A stretch of DNA of 64,000 nt from Octopus sinensis (GCF_006345805.1 NC_043013.1:32178001-32242000), one strand, 5' to 3'; counted from the first letter of the stretch, positions 1 to 13,430 are shown. A program made the numbers and translations. Notes: generated from the sequence alone by a model not told the origin.

Positions 1-31
<31 letters not shown>

Positions 32-1379
32 TAGGAGGCCAAAACAATAAACTGAACAATTAAATAAATCATTAATTGGATTGTTTTGTACAAACAAATG
101 ACACATCTCATAAATTACATGTTTCCACTTCATTAATAAAACCAAGCTTTTGAAGATTAATAGAATCCCGTTTAAATATATAATGCGGTTTCATCAGATC
201 AACATATATTCTTAAATATTACACAAAAAATAGCAATTAAAATATTTTATAACTGCTAACACTTTTCAAAAAACGCTTTTTGAAAGCGAGCTTAATCATA
301 AATAAATAATCTGAATGAAATTATGTAAATTCCTAAATTTAAATCTTTTAGTATCTTGTTCTATAACCGATTTTGTTGCATAATACAGACATTCATATAT
401 ACATATTTATATATATTTATATATGCATACGCATACCTATCCATTTATGTATATATGCATACACACACACGTACGTATACACACATGCATATTATTCATC
501 TATATATATATATTTACAATATGCATATATATACAATTCCATACACACATGTCTATATATTTATGGTAAAACATTTTAAATATCAACTCAAATCTAAATA
601 AAAGAATTTATATCTAGATAAAAGAATTTATAATATAAATCTTACTTACAATATATTTAAGTTATAGTTTAAAGTAAATACAGGAGAGGTGACCATTTTT
701 CTATTTATAGAAACAAAAAGGAAAATGAAACCAACTCGATACGGTCATAGAAAAATAATTTAAATAAATACATACAACAAAAACAAGGTAATACAATACA
801 AACAAAACATCCCAAACATGAACAACGAGCCAAAATAACAAATTAAACAAGATAAATACGCTATATCTTCATATATGCCACATTATTCATTCACTCACAT
901 ACATATACATTCATCATCAGTGACTTTCACTCGGTTCCCGAAGGTTAAAGCTAACTCATCTTATCAGTTTATAGAGAAAACCGTAGGAATAAGAGGCTGA
1001 TTCCATGCGCTTATATATCGTCTACATACTTGCATATATTTGGACGAACATTCTCAGAGGCATACACCGTTATTGGTGCTTGTAATATGTACATAACATT
1101 GCATAAAATAAAATTGCTTTTATGCTTTATAGAAAATAGAACTGACATTAGCAATACGAGAATCATAATTTACCTGAAACGGTCACCATCTTAATTCACC
1201 AACCACCCCGACTTGAATACATCTAACTGATTCTAGCATCATAAGCAAAATAATTATCAGCCACAAAATTCATCATGTATTCATCATTACCTTTTAAGCA
1301 ATCGTAGATTGAATATTAATTATCTAAATTCTAACAATAATTGATAAAATATAGTTCTTGGTTTATCAAATAAAATGGT

Positions 1380-1656
<277 letters not shown>

Positions 1657-2159
1657 GCTAGTCAGATATATATTTTGCATCTATTTTAGGACATTCTTTT
1701 AAATATGCAAAAAGGTTTCAACGTCATACAGTCAAACCATTGATATATTTCTAAAGTTCTGAGTCGTTTTACCAAATGTAAGTAAACAGTTGACGTATTC
1801 TCGCGAATGAAATGAGACGGTGTCTGTCTCCGTGTGAATAGGGATTCTTTAAACAGATAATAGTGAAAACAAAATATGTCGGTAACGATGTCAAAGAAAA
1901 TGTCTTCTTTTACTCAGCAAAGCTTTGGAATAAATGGTAGATTGATAGATAGATAATGGTGTATGTGAAAATACATAAATAGATACACACGCGCACACAC
2001 AAACACACACATTCCTATCTCGTACACAGATACATACACCCACACATATACAAGCATATCACTTTGTCAGCGAATTCCATATATAATGTATATATGAGCA
2101 TGTACCTATTATGCATGTATGTATCCATGTATGTATATATTATATATATATATATATAC

Positions 2160-2320
2160 TTTATTTAAAGCAGCAGAAAATTCAACAAAATCTTTTACTC
2201 TGAGTTTCTCGTTGCCGTTCATCAGACAGTTTTTGCCATTCTAGCAAAAACTGTCTGATGAACGGCAACGAGAAACTCAGAGTAACAGATTTTGTTGAAT
2301 TTTCTGCTGCTTTAAATAAA
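2160..2320. repeat. Near-perfect palindrome (77-bp arms, 7-nt loop), Penelope inverted pseudo-LTR-like
   Basis: 2160-2236 is the reverse complement of 2244-2320 with one mismatch; preceded by (TA)n; each arm carries an HHR core. Confidence 0.9.
2251..2288 (+). ncRNA. Type I hammerhead ribozyme-like motif
   Basis: CUGU [CUGAUGA] A CG-GCAA-CG A [GAAA] CUC-A-GAG [UA] ACAG: stem I CUGU/ACAG, GNRA-capped stem II, quasi-palindromic stem III, GUA triplet. The mirror copy on the - strand (~2192-2229) has a stem I mismatch. Confidence 0.6.
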
Positions 2321-2409
2321 GCATATTACTCTACCACTGGTATTTGAGTACTTTTTTCCCCTTGGTTCACTTTATGTGTTTACTCCGGTATATATATATA
2401 TATTATATA

Positions 2410-2472
<63 letters not shown>

Positions 2473-2520
2473 AGAGACCAAAGTGTAGTGTGTACGTACG
2501 CCGCTATATTTTATATATTA

Positions 2521-2705
2521 AAATACAAAAATGGGACAAGAACGAAAAACATCCTGACAATTAGTGAAACAAAAAACTCAACTGAGGATAGAAAACTCCG
2601 AATGATCCGTCCTCGTTTTCCTTGTATCGTCTGTCTGGATGATTTGTTTTCCTTTTTTTATTTCAATTAACTGTATGGATGTTTTGCGTTCTTGTCCCAT
2701 TTTTG

Positions 2706-2710
<5 letters not shown>
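2521..2710. repeat. Imperfect inverted repeat (~55-bp arms), MITE/hairpin-like
   Basis: aaatacaaaaatgggacaagaacg at 2521 pairs with cgttcttgtcccatttttgtattt ending at 2710. Confidence 0.75.
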
Positions 2711-2749
<39 letters not shown>

Positions 2750-3061
2750 GCATTTATGTGTGTATATATATGCATGTATGTATATATTGGTATATATTTA
2801 TGTATTTCCTTGTATACATATATATATTGATGGACACACGCATCCACATGCATGCCTATTCTTGTGTGTGTGTATGTGTACGTGTGTGTGTATGTGTCTG
2901 AGTGTGCGTGTGTGTTGCATAAATTGTGGTAAATTTGCATTTTTTTTTTTCGAATTACAAAAATTGTTAATTAGACGAACACGACGATACGATCTGGAAT
3001 GTATGTTAACAGCAAAACACCAAGCAAAATCCTGATCATGTGCCTCTTCATATACATAATG

Positions 3062-3460
3062 GTGATTATGATGATAATATGCAATCATAATCATGTTGTT
3101 GTTGTTATAATTATCATCATCATCATCATCATCATCATTATTATTATTATTATTATTACCATCATTATCATTATCATTATTATTATTATCATCATCATCA
3201 TCATCATCATTATTATCATTATTATCATTATTATTATTATCATCATCATTATTATTATTATTATTATTATCATCATTATTATTATTATTATTATTATCAT
3301 CATTATCATTATCATCATCATCATCATTATTATTATTATTATTATTATCATTGTCTGCTGTTTCATTAACGCCATTATTATCATGATGCTAATAATGTTG
3401 ATGATAACGAAGAGGAGGAAGATGAGGAAGAGGACGGCAAACGACGCCGACAGCAACTGA
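3062..3460. repeat. (ATT/ATC)n trinucleotide microsatellite
   Basis: Direct reading; explains the poly-Ile ORFs. Confidence 0.97.
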
Positions 3461-3594
3461 TGATTGTAATTGCACGTACCAATAGCAGTTTATTTATTTA
3501 CCGACATTATTTTTCATTACATTTTCTTCCGTACTTAATTTTTCCCCTTTTGTTTATACTTTTCTTTACCTATTTCTAAAAGAAAACATAAATA

Positions 3595-3601
3595 GATATG
3601 C

Positions 3602-3665
<64 letters not shown>

Positions 3666-3763
3666 GTGTATATATGCGTGTGTGTGTGTGTAGATAGATA
3701 GACAGTCAGACAGACAGAGACAGACAGACAGACAGATAGACAGATAGATATATAGATAGTTAC

Positions 3764-3803
<40 letters not shown>

Positions 3804-3804
3804 G

Positions 3805-3884
<80 letters not shown>

Positions 3885-3888
3885 CATG

Positions 3889-3964
<76 letters not shown>

Positions 3965-3968
3965 CATG

Positions 3969-4020
<52 letters not shown>

Positions 4021-4120
4021 CATGTAGATAGATAGATAGATAGATAGATAGACATGTAGATAGATAGATAGATAGATAGATAGACATGTAGATAGATAGA
4101 TAGATAGATAGATAGACATG

Positions 4121-4207
<87 letters not shown>

Positions 4208-4287
4208 GTTATATATATGTGAGTGTATGTTTATATATACATACATAAACATAAATACATACATACATACATACATACATACATACA

Positions 4288-4318
<31 letters not shown>
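3595..4318. repeat. Compound (TA)n/(TG)n/(GATA)n/(CATA)n microsatellite
   Basis: Direct reading. Confidence 0.97.
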
Positions 4319-4319
<1 letters not shown>

Positions 4320-4721
4320 GACTCATGTTAGACATATCAAGAGATGTAATCAATTAGAAGCTATTAATGATAAATTTTTTTTAACCTTACTTTCTGTAAA
4401 AGTTTTCTGTTTTATTTTCCTGTCGCTTGCGATGAATACATCTTAACCATGTTAATTATTCAAACTGCTGCTCATATGGATATTGCATAAAAATATGCTC
4501 TTAAATTCATGTACACATAAATGTTCATATATAGGTAATTATCTACACACACACGCACACATGCCCATGTATATATACATACATACATACATATATATGT
4601 GTGTGTGCGTGATTGTTTTTGCATATGTGTGTGTGTGTGTAGTTGAGGACACAGTATATATAAGCAACGTACGTGTCCCGTATACTGGTTTAGAATCTCT
4701 TAATTTTACTTTTCTTCAGTT

Positions 4722-5085
4722 ACTACCACATGGTTCTGGGTTCAGTCCCACTGCGTGGCATCTTGGGCAAGTGCCTTCTACTATAGCCGCGGGCCAACCA
4801 AAGCCTTGTGAGTAGATTTGGTAGACGGAAACTGAAAGAAGCCCGTCGTATATATGAGTATATATATATGTGTATGTGTGTGTGTATATGTTTATCCCCC
4901 CCCAACATCGCTTGACGACCGATGCTGGTGTGTTTACGTCCCAGTAACTTAGCGGTTCGGCAAAAGAGACCGATAGAATAAGTACTAGGCTTACAAAGAA
5001 TAAGTACTGGGGTCGATTTGCTTGACTAAAGACGGTGCTCCAGCATGGCCACCGTCAAATGAATGAAACAAGTAAAAGAGTACTG
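4722..5085 (+). mobile_element. SINE family B (tRNA-like head, internal TA/TG microsatellite, tail ...gactgaaacaagtaaaaga)
   Basis: ggttcagtcccactgcgtggca...gtagacggaaactgaaagaagcccgtcg...cggcaaaagagaccgatagaataagtactagg recurs more than 10 times in the window. Confidence 0.85.
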
Positions 5086-5189
5086 AGCATATGAATGCAA
5101 AAAACATTCACAAATAAGAATATCTGACAAAGTTTCAAAGTTTATTGTTTAGATCAGAAAACTGATGTTTTAAACTGTTCTGCATTTAA

Positions 5190-5492
5190 GGGTCTTCTGC
5201 TATAGCCCGCGCCCACCTTGTGAGTGGATTTGGTAGTCGTAAACTGAGAGAAGCTTGTCGTATATATATCTATATATGTGTACGTGTTTGGGTGTGTGTG
5301 TGTGTTTTCCCCCCACCTTCGCTTGACAAGCGATGTCGGTGTGTTTACGCCACCGTAACTTAGCGGTTTGGTCACAGAGCTCGATACGATAAGTACTAGG
5401 CTTACAAAGAATAAGTCCTGAGATCGATTTGATCGACTAAGGGCGGTGCTCCAGCATGGCTATAGTCAAATGACTGAAACAAATAAAAGAAT
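5190..5492 (+). mobile_element. SINE family B, 5'-truncated
   Basis: Matches the 4722-5085 copy. Confidence 0.8.
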
Positions 5493-5782
5493 TCGTAACT
5501 GAAGAGTGATTCCAAAGTCTCTATCACTGTATAAAACTTTATTTAAATTGTGACGCGATACACACGCGCGCAGGCACATACCCTGGTATTTGAACCAATG
5601 CTATTTATATAGTATAAATTGCCCAACAATCACGTACCCATTTTTCTTACGAAAACATATTTTTGCCATGCAGTCATACCTGCCGACTGAAAAACTTCGC
5701 TAGATACTTTATGAACCAGAAACCCGAGACATCAGTGTGGAAATCAAACTGGAAGAATAACTGATTTATATACACATATAGA

Positions 5783-5958
5783 AACGTGTGATAAGAAGCT
5801 TGCTACTCAACTACATGGTTCCGGGTTCAGTCCCGCTGCGTGGCACCTTGGGCAAGCCTCGGGCCGACCAAAGCTTTGTGAGTTAATTTGGTAGACGGAA
5901 ACTGAAAGAGGCCCTTCGTATATATATATATATATATACATACATATATATATATATA
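5783..5958 (+). mobile_element. SINE family B, 5' half
   Basis: Head through gcccttcgta, then (TA)n. Confidence 0.8.
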
Positions 5959-6148
5959 GGGATAATTCACAAAAAAGCAAAAGACGAAGACAGGTGGTGT
6001 AGACAACAAACAGATGTATTAGTATAATGCTCGGGAAGTGAAATAGTCATTAAAGGTTCGAGCCTACGCTCTTCTACGTAAAGGAACACAGAAAGAAACA
6101 AGGAGAAAAAATAAAGAAGGTGTAGTGGCTAGCAATCCATCATGGCGA
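5958..6148 (-). mobile_element. Short Penelope-like repeat family P1 (degenerate HHR remnant)
   Basis: Aligns by eye with 41318-41500 (-) and 50258-50445 (+); remnant GUAGA A GAGC-GUAG-GCUC GAA. Confidence 0.65.
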
Positions 6149-6179
6149 TATACATGTATATATGTGTGTGTCTGTGTAT

Positions 6180-6362
6180 TTATGCATGCGTGTATCTGTG
6201 TTAGCACCCCACCACCATCGCTTAGCAGTTCGGCAAAAGAAACCGATAGAATAAGTACTAAGCTTATAAAAAATGCATCTTGGGGTTGATTTCTTCGACT
6301 AAAAACCCTTTAAGGCGTTGCTCCATCATGGCCGCCGTCAAATGACGGAAACAAGTAAAGCA
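6180..6362 (+). mobile_element. SINE family B, 3' half
   Basis: gttcggcaaaagaaaccgatagaataagtact...gacggaaacaagtaaag. Confidence 0.8.
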
Positions 6363-6719
6363 ATGCGCGCACGCGCGTGTGTGTTTGTGTGGGATAAAAA
6401 CTTAACTCAGCTCCGTGGGTCTTGAGGTTTCGTGGCGCGTAGAACAGACCCATCTCATCAGATAATATAAAAAAGGGAGCGGCTCTAAACAAATTAAAGT
6501 TGACTTCTAGATGTTTTGTCTCTGTTGGAAAGCTTAAGTTACGTCGTGTTAATGCCATGAAAGCAACATGAGCTATCTTCTTTAATTTTAGGTTTGGATA
6601 GGACGTTGGTAGAATGATGGTTCCACCTTGATAAATACACTGTACGAGCAGGTATAGTGTATTTAACAAGATACGTTCTTTTATTGGGTATCGCAAATAA
6701 TAGGATGCATGCGTATTCT

Positions 6720-6750
<31 letters not shown>

Positions 6751-7269
6751 CCTTGGCACTGATGCTGCTATTATATACATGTCTAGATCACTCTTTTACC
6801 TACGGACTTCGGAGCCCCATGATGGAAGATTCTATGTTTATAATATATTGGGCTTCCAGTCTCTTCTTCTCTAAGCCATGTTTTTCTATCCTATTCCCTC
6901 TTCCTTTTCTTTATTTTGGACGCTTTTGTATTATCGCTGATGAAGCTCCTTATTCTAGTTAGAATGTCGTATGAAGATGAAAAGATATTACTTACGCAAT
7001 GCTTTGTAGGCACTGATTGGCATCGGAAACAGAAACGGCCGTATGTCACATAATTGTTATGTCATGTTTTGTATTAACTAATAAGCTTTAGATGTGGCCC
7101 AATTTTTCTTGCTTGTTCCTTCCTTTTCTGAATATTTATACATGTATATATAGATTATATGTTGACTCGTATGGTTAAATATAAATGCCCGCGCACAGGA
7201 AACAATAGGTTATGCATACAAACAACGTCATATGAGTTCTTATGCTGACATATATATATATATATCCAT

Positions 7270-7826
7270 CCATCGATGGAGTAGTTTCTCCATGGCGCAA
7301 GCCTGGGCGGTAGAAACGAAGACACTGGGCTGCCCAGACACCAGAATCTCCCTCTCGGCCCCCCAGACATAATCCAAAGGAATGCAGTGCAGTACGTTTG
7401 GAGTCTGGTTGGCTGCAGGAGTTGCCGGAAAGGGTCGAGATTCGACACCCTACCGCCTTCGGGGCTCCACTCCGGTTTTCTGTCTGGGTTTACTCCCATA
7501 GCCTTTCCCTCTCCAAGAGCAACCGCAAGGCAGCGGAGCGAGGGTTGGAGTCAGAGTTTTCCTTCTCCTAGACTGGCTGCCAACCAGGCTAACGAGCCCA
7601 GTCTGCCCACCTGGTTATACCGCCAAGCACCCGGTCGCGTCACACAGCAGGCTCAGTGAGAACAGGGGGTGGTACCGCGCGTGAAGGTGCTGCTGTGGAC
7701 ACAGTAGTGCAGGAGAGGCCATTAGTAAGAACTTTCCACAAGGCGCAGCCAGGTAGAAGTTCTGCAGCGATCATTACACCTGGAGAGGAGAGGCTATGAG
7801 TGACGCAATCACTTTCCTTTGCCCCC
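7270..7826 (+). mobile_element. GC-rich 5' region of an RTE-like LINE or derived non-autonomous element
   Basis: GC-rich island containing gagttttccttctcctagactggctgccaaccaggctaacgagcccagtctgccc, a motif I recall from RTE-type 5' regions; no credible ORF. Confidence 0.45.
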
Positions 7827-7832
7827 CATAAT

Positions 7833-7860
7833 TATATATATATATATATATAATATATAC

Positions 7861-7894
<34 letters not shown>

Positions 7895-7899
7895 CATAC

Positions 7900-7937
<38 letters not shown>

Positions 7938-8025
7938 TATATAATATATATATATATATACATATATATATAATATATATATAATATATATACATATATA
8001 TTATATATATATATATATATTATAC
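7833..8025. repeat. (TA)n-rich microsatellite
   Basis: Direct reading. Confidence 0.95.
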
Positions 8026-8842
8026 GAGGGGTGCTGAAAAGTTCCATGCTTTAAGGGTTATCGCGAAAGGCCTGGCTGGAAGCCCAACTATATGTATGTA
8101 TTTGAATTTAAGTGTTCTCATATGTGTCCCCGTAAAGACATATAGACATCTACACACGATCAATTACACATACGCAAATATATATATATATAACGACGTA
8201 TATGTCTCAAGAGCAGCTACTTAGGTAATATATGTATAATGTAGTTATCTGCAAATCTACTTAAATAGCAATGAATTTGCGCATAAACGTACATACATTG
8301 TAGAAAGCCATCTTCTTAGATACATATACTCATTCATATGATTTTATATATTCGTGTTTCTTTCATTTTGTCTATGTCTGCGTAAGTATATTTATTGTAT
8401 GCTTCGATGAAATGGGTGAAATCATATTATCTAGCTACTTATGTTCCGCTAATTCAAGTATTAATACAACGTGTTTCCGCTAGCTCTGCCTGTACATTCA
8501 CTAGTTATCTGCACAGTGGTGTCTTCTGTCATTTATTCAATCCAATAAAGTTTCATATAAAAGCTACTCGTCTCTGACAATAAGTTTTGGTTGTGTAATT
8601 TACATTATGTAACTAATTATCACCTTATGGTAATGAATTATATGTAATGATATAACTAAATATCTGTTAAATAATCTCGTACGGTTTGTTTTGTTTTACA
8701 TGTGTGTATGTTGTCTGCTTGTCAAATGACTATATTGAATAAGCAGAACAGGAGGAGACGACATGTTGAATACAGAGCCGCTCGAAAAGTCTCATGATGA
8801 ATGACAAATGAGCTTTGACAGGGAAACTAAAATAATAATAAT

Positions 8843-9049
8843 AATCCTTTCTACTAATGGCACAAGGCTTGAAATTTCAGGGGGGGGGGTCTAGTCAGTT
8901 ATATCGACCCCAAAGTTTCACTGTTACTTAATTTATCGACCTCGAAATGATGAAAGGCAGACCTCGACAGACTTTGAACTCAGAACGTAATGACGGGTTA
9001 AATGACGCTGTTTTACCCGGCGTACTAACGATTCTGCCAGCTCGCTGCC
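8843..9049 (-). mobile_element. SINE family A (tRNA-derived head ggcgagctggcagaa...gagttcaaattcc)
   Basis: A-box/B-box-like head plus core ggtcgactttgcctttcatcctttcggggtcgataaa; about 17 copies in the window. Confidence 0.85.
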
Positions 9050-9050
9050 T

Positions 9051-9081
<31 letters not shown>

Positions 9082-9082
9082 A

Positions 9083-9647
9083 ATAGATGCAAATAGGCCA
9101 GACATCATATTGAAAGACTTCAAACAAAGAACATGCCTCCTCATTGATATGACTGTCCCAATCGATATAAACGTATCTGTCAAGACCTACCAAAAACTGA
9201 GCAAATATAAAGATCTTGAAATAGAAATCAGCAAAATGTGGAACCTGAGGACTAAAACAATACCTGTTGTCATAGGTGCTCTGGGAATGATAGCGAAAGG
9301 GACTGATTGCTACCTAACAAATACCAGGAAACCCCAAAATGACAGAAATTCAAAAGATAGTGCTCATGGGAACTGCTCATATCCTACGCAAAATACTTTC
9401 TATGTAATCTCAAGGTTTAAAACAAACATAATTTTCAGTTTAAATTTAAAAAAAAAAAATTATTATTATTATTTTTTTTTTTAGACATTCATTAGTACAA
9501 CACCAAAAGCTCTTCCCCCCCCAAAAAAAAAAAATATATGGCACACTAGGCATAACAACAACATGAACTTGCAACCTGTTGTCTCTTGAGGTCTCTGGGT
9601 GAGACTTGGAGCCAACTTGTACAAATATAAAGCAAAAGTCAAACATA

Positions 9648-9686
<39 letters not shown>

Positions 9687-9708
9687 TAATAATAATAATA
9701 ATAATAAT
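9083..9708 (+). mobile_element. 3' end of an R4/Dong-like non-LTR retrotransposon (restriction-like endonuclease, 3' UTR, (TAA)n tail)
   Basis: Translation RPDIILKDFKQRTCLLIDMTVP...KLSKYKDLEIEISKMWNLRTKTIPVVIGALG shows the PD..D..K RLE motif, followed by a frameshift, UTR and (TAA)n. Confidence 0.85.
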
Positions 9709-10860
9709 GACAAGAAGAGTATACACTTTCCTTGAACAGAACTCTATCCTTCCACAAGCTCAATAACGTTATAAAAGGAATTCTTAGGAATGCAAAGATC
9801 GATTACTCATAAATAAAATTATTGTAGAGAATTGCTAGAGCAAAAAGAACCTGAGTATGTCATAGATAGACTACAGGAAAGCGTTTGATAATGTCCTACA
9901 TAACTGGCTGCTCAAGGCCCTTGAGATATATAAGATCTCTCCTGTCGTCTCCAAATTCTTACAAGGTAGCATGGCCAAATGGAATACATGTCTCCTTCTA
10001 CAACATAGTAATGGGATGAGCCAATCTAAAAACATCAACATCACACGGGACATCTTTCAAAGTAACTCCCCCTCTCCATTACTCTTTTGCATGGCACTGA
10101 TCCCGCTCTCAAACGAACTGAGGAACACCAGGTATGGGTTCAAAGTGTATAATATTATAGTAAACCATCTGTTTTATATGGATGATCTGAAGCTGTTTGC
10201 TAGAAATGACGAAGAGCTAGTAGGATTGTTAAGAACTGTTAAAGAGTTCAACAATGACATTGGGATAGATTTCGGCTTTGATAAGTGTGCTAAACACTTA
10301 TCAAACAAACGACTTCCGTTAAATTAGATGCCGGCACTACAATAAAGGAGCTTGACCCACAAGAAGGTTGTAAATACCTAAAGATAAACGGAGATGATAT
10401 ACAACATGCTATCATGAAGGAAATATAAGAAAGGAATATTACAGGCGAGTAAGATTCATACTAAAAACTGAAGTCAACTCCAAAAATCGCATCGATGTCA
10501 TTAATACACTGGTACTTCCAGTAATCCAATCTGTTTTAACATCATTAACTGGAATCTTACAGAGCTCCAACGCCTGGACAGGAAGACAAGAAATCTACTA
10601 ACATCTGAGAACATGCACCACCTAAAAGCAGACGTTGATCGTCTTTACCTGCCCTAGGAGAAATGGGGAGAAGAGGAATGATACAGGTAGATCTGTGCTA
10701 TAAGACCTCCACAAAAGCAATGAACAAGTACTTATCTAGTACAGAGGACCGGATGATGCGTCTTGTGTGCAAACACGAAGTAGCAAAAATTCACATTCTA
10801 TTGTCAAGGAAGCTTTCAAATTCGCAAGGGAACTTGGCATTAACCCTGAAATAGTTGAAT
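9709..10860 (+). mobile_element. Decayed reverse transcriptase of an R4/Dong-like non-LTR retrotransposon
   Basis: GCKDRLLINK...IDYRKAFDNV.HNWL...IFQSNSPSPLLFCMALIPLS...NHLFYMDDLKLFA...IGIDFGFDKCA (YMDD motif); stops and frameshifts present. Confidence 0.88.
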
Positions 10861-10869
10861 ATATATATT

Positions 10870-11088
10870 CTTTTATTCTTTGTCTTGTATCAGTCATCTG
10901 ACTGCAACCATGCTGGAGCACCACTTTATAGGGCGTTTTAGTCGACAAAATTGCCTCCAGAACTTATTCTTTGAAAATCAAGTACTTATTCTACCGAACT
11001 GCTAACTTACGGAGACGTAAACGTACCAGCATCGGTTGACAAACGATGGCGGGGGCAAACACTGAAAAAACACACACATATATATACT
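10870..11088 (-). mobile_element. SINE family B, 3' half
   Basis: Reverse-complement match to the family B tail. Confidence 0.75.
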
Positions 11089-11401
11089 ATAGGAACGCAT
11101 TAAAACCCTTTTCGGGTATAATTTATTTGAATTCTTACTATCGGATAACTAATTTCATTTTATTACATAACTGACTTCACAATTTGGGTATTCATAACTT
11201 ATTAGGAATTCCTAAAAACAATATCCTGTGTAAGACAGTTCGGTATTCTCTCTAAATGCACAAAAAACCGTTTTAAGGGCTACATACTCTGTATCGTTAT
11301 TGGATTAGTGAAATAATTATGAGAACGGAACTAGGGGATAAGCCCCGGTTTTCCGGGAATTACCGGGTACGTCAGCGAGTAAATTGCATATCTGATTTGG
11401 A

Positions 11402-11925
11402 CTACCAAGAGTAGTAGTTAAGTTCTGACCTTTGCAGATCATTAAATGTCTTTGAGGCTTCCGTTAGATTTGCAGACCTCATGGCATACACTGCATTCAA
11501 AGGTGTGGGCATAGTAGTTGGTGGAGGTTCGTCTTCCATGGATCCGCAAATGAGATTTGAGCCCAGCAAAAGAAAGGCATGGTCTGTCACAAGTTGTACA
11601 CACAAAAAGATCACAGAGATTCACCTTCTCGATCGCAACATTCTTCTTTAAATCTCTTTTGAGTCTTGCATGTGTCATCTTGGTCTCCTGAAAAGCTTTC
11701 TCCCCACTCCACACTTCTGTTCACCATACAGCTCGATCGGAGCAAGGATTTCTATGGCCTTTGGATCCACTCCAAATGTCTTCACGGTATTCCTTATGCT
11801 CTCCTTTAGGTTTACACCGATTGCGTTTCCCCTCTACAAGCTCGCCATAAATCAACTGTTTGGATGTGCGTTCATCCGCCATTCGAACAATATGGTCAGA
11901 CTATCTCATTTGATTTTTCAGAATC
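11402..11925 (-). mobile_element. 3' fragment of an RTE-clade LINE ORF with C2H2-like zinc finger, decayed
   Basis: GKRNRCKPKRR...CTTCDRPCLSFAGLKSHLRIH...CSVCHEVC matches the usual RTE C-terminus. Confidence 0.7.
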
Positions 11926-12132
11926 ATTGATTTAATTGAAGTGATTGCCTGCAGACACAAAAAAATCTGTGTCTGGATTTAAAAAAAAGAAGCCCCATTT
12001 AATGATTAGAATGCGGCGAAGGCATTTTTGGTGGAATCATTCAAACAATTTGAAATGTCTTTCCTAACACGTCCATGTTTCAAACGAATACAACAGGGAT
12101 GGTAAGACAAACGATTTGTAAAGAGCCAAGTT

Positions 12133-12280
12133 TGTTCTGAGTTCGAATGCCGCCGAGGTCGAATTTGCCTTTCATCCTTTCGGGGTCGATAAAATAAGTA
12201 CCAGTTGCGTACTGGGGTCGATATAATCGACTCATCCTTTTCCCAAAATTACTTCCCTTGTGGCAAAATTTGAAAGCATT
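12133..12280 (+). mobile_element. SINE family A, 5'-truncated
   Basis: Core and tail match. Confidence 0.82.
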
Positions 12281-13080
12281 ATGAATGAACATCTAAAACA
12301 ATTTCTGTTATATAAGGTGATTAATTTGCAGACATTTTCTATTTTGATTTATTTTGTTGTTTTTTTTGTTGCTTTTTTTATGGTTCAAATATTTTAATGA
12401 AGATTTTATGTATAATTATACAAACATACTTAGTGGATATTGCCAGTTCATATCGATATCAATTAATTATAAACTTTGTTAATTCTAGAATTCTTTAATT
12501 AGCAATAATCAAGCGCTTTTTTAATTAGAAATATGTTTAGTAACTTTATTTGTGATTTTGCTGGGGTTTTGCAGATATGACTAAATAATTTTAGTACTTT
12601 ATGATCTTGATTGTATGTATGTTTGTTGCTTTCTATTTTCGTACTTGACATCAAATAGTAACATGAATTAAATGAATTATTTCAGGAAATTACATTTGGA
12701 TGCAATCCACGAAAAAAAATCACAGTGAACATTGAAAATCCAGCTAGAAATAATTATACAATAATGAACACTGAATATTAGTTAAAAATTAATAGCACCT
12801 CTGATTAATTTCTCTTAATATTTTATTCTCTGTAACAAGTTTTATTCTTATATAATATTGCACATCAACCGACTGGTGGTTTTCTTTTCGTTAATAAAAC
12901 GGTGATAACGAAGAGAACGAATAATATCGAAAATATACCTAGATTTATTTCCAGGAGTAGCCACAATGTTAAAAAAGTAATATTATTATCTGACAAATCA
13001 TCTCACCACATTAAAAGCGAAACCAAACTTGTCTTCTTTGTAGTTTTCTTGTAATTGAGCTCAAGTCTTTGAAGCCATTC

Positions 13081-13250
13081 TTATTATTATTGTTGTTGTT
13101 GTTGTTATTATTATAGTTATTATTATTGTTATTATTGTTGTTATTATTATTATTGTTATTATTATTATTGTTATCATTATTATTATTATTATTATTATTA
13201 TTGTTATTATTATTATCATTATTATTATTATCATTATTATTATTATTTAC
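13081..13250. repeat. (TTA/TTG)n microsatellite
   Basis: Direct reading; explains the poly-Asn ORF. Confidence 0.96.
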
Positions 13251-13261
13251 ACCAGACAACA

Positions 13262-13430
13262 TGCTTTCCGCCTTTACGTTCTGAGTTCACGTTCCGCAGA
13301 AGTCGACTTTACCTTGCATGCTTTCGGGGTCGATAAATTAAGTACCAGTTGAGATCCGGGGTTGATGTAATCCACCAACCCGAACTTCCACAAAATTTCA
13401 GTTTTTGTGCCTATAATAGAAAGGATTATT
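13262..13430 (+). mobile_element. SINE family A, 5'-truncated
   Basis: Core plus tail ...gtgcctataatagaaaggattatt. Confidence 0.8.

Noticed and set aside
5499-5535. Hammerhead-like CUGAAGA + GUGAU/AUCAC stem
   Set aside because: No GAAA follows stem II, and stems I and III are absent.
6937-6975. CUGAUGA motif
   Set aside because: No correctly placed GAAA; at most a truncated remnant.
7155-7659. ORFs of 114 aa and 90 aa as genes
   Set aside because: Chance ORFs in a GC-rich repeat-derived UTR; no domain motifs.
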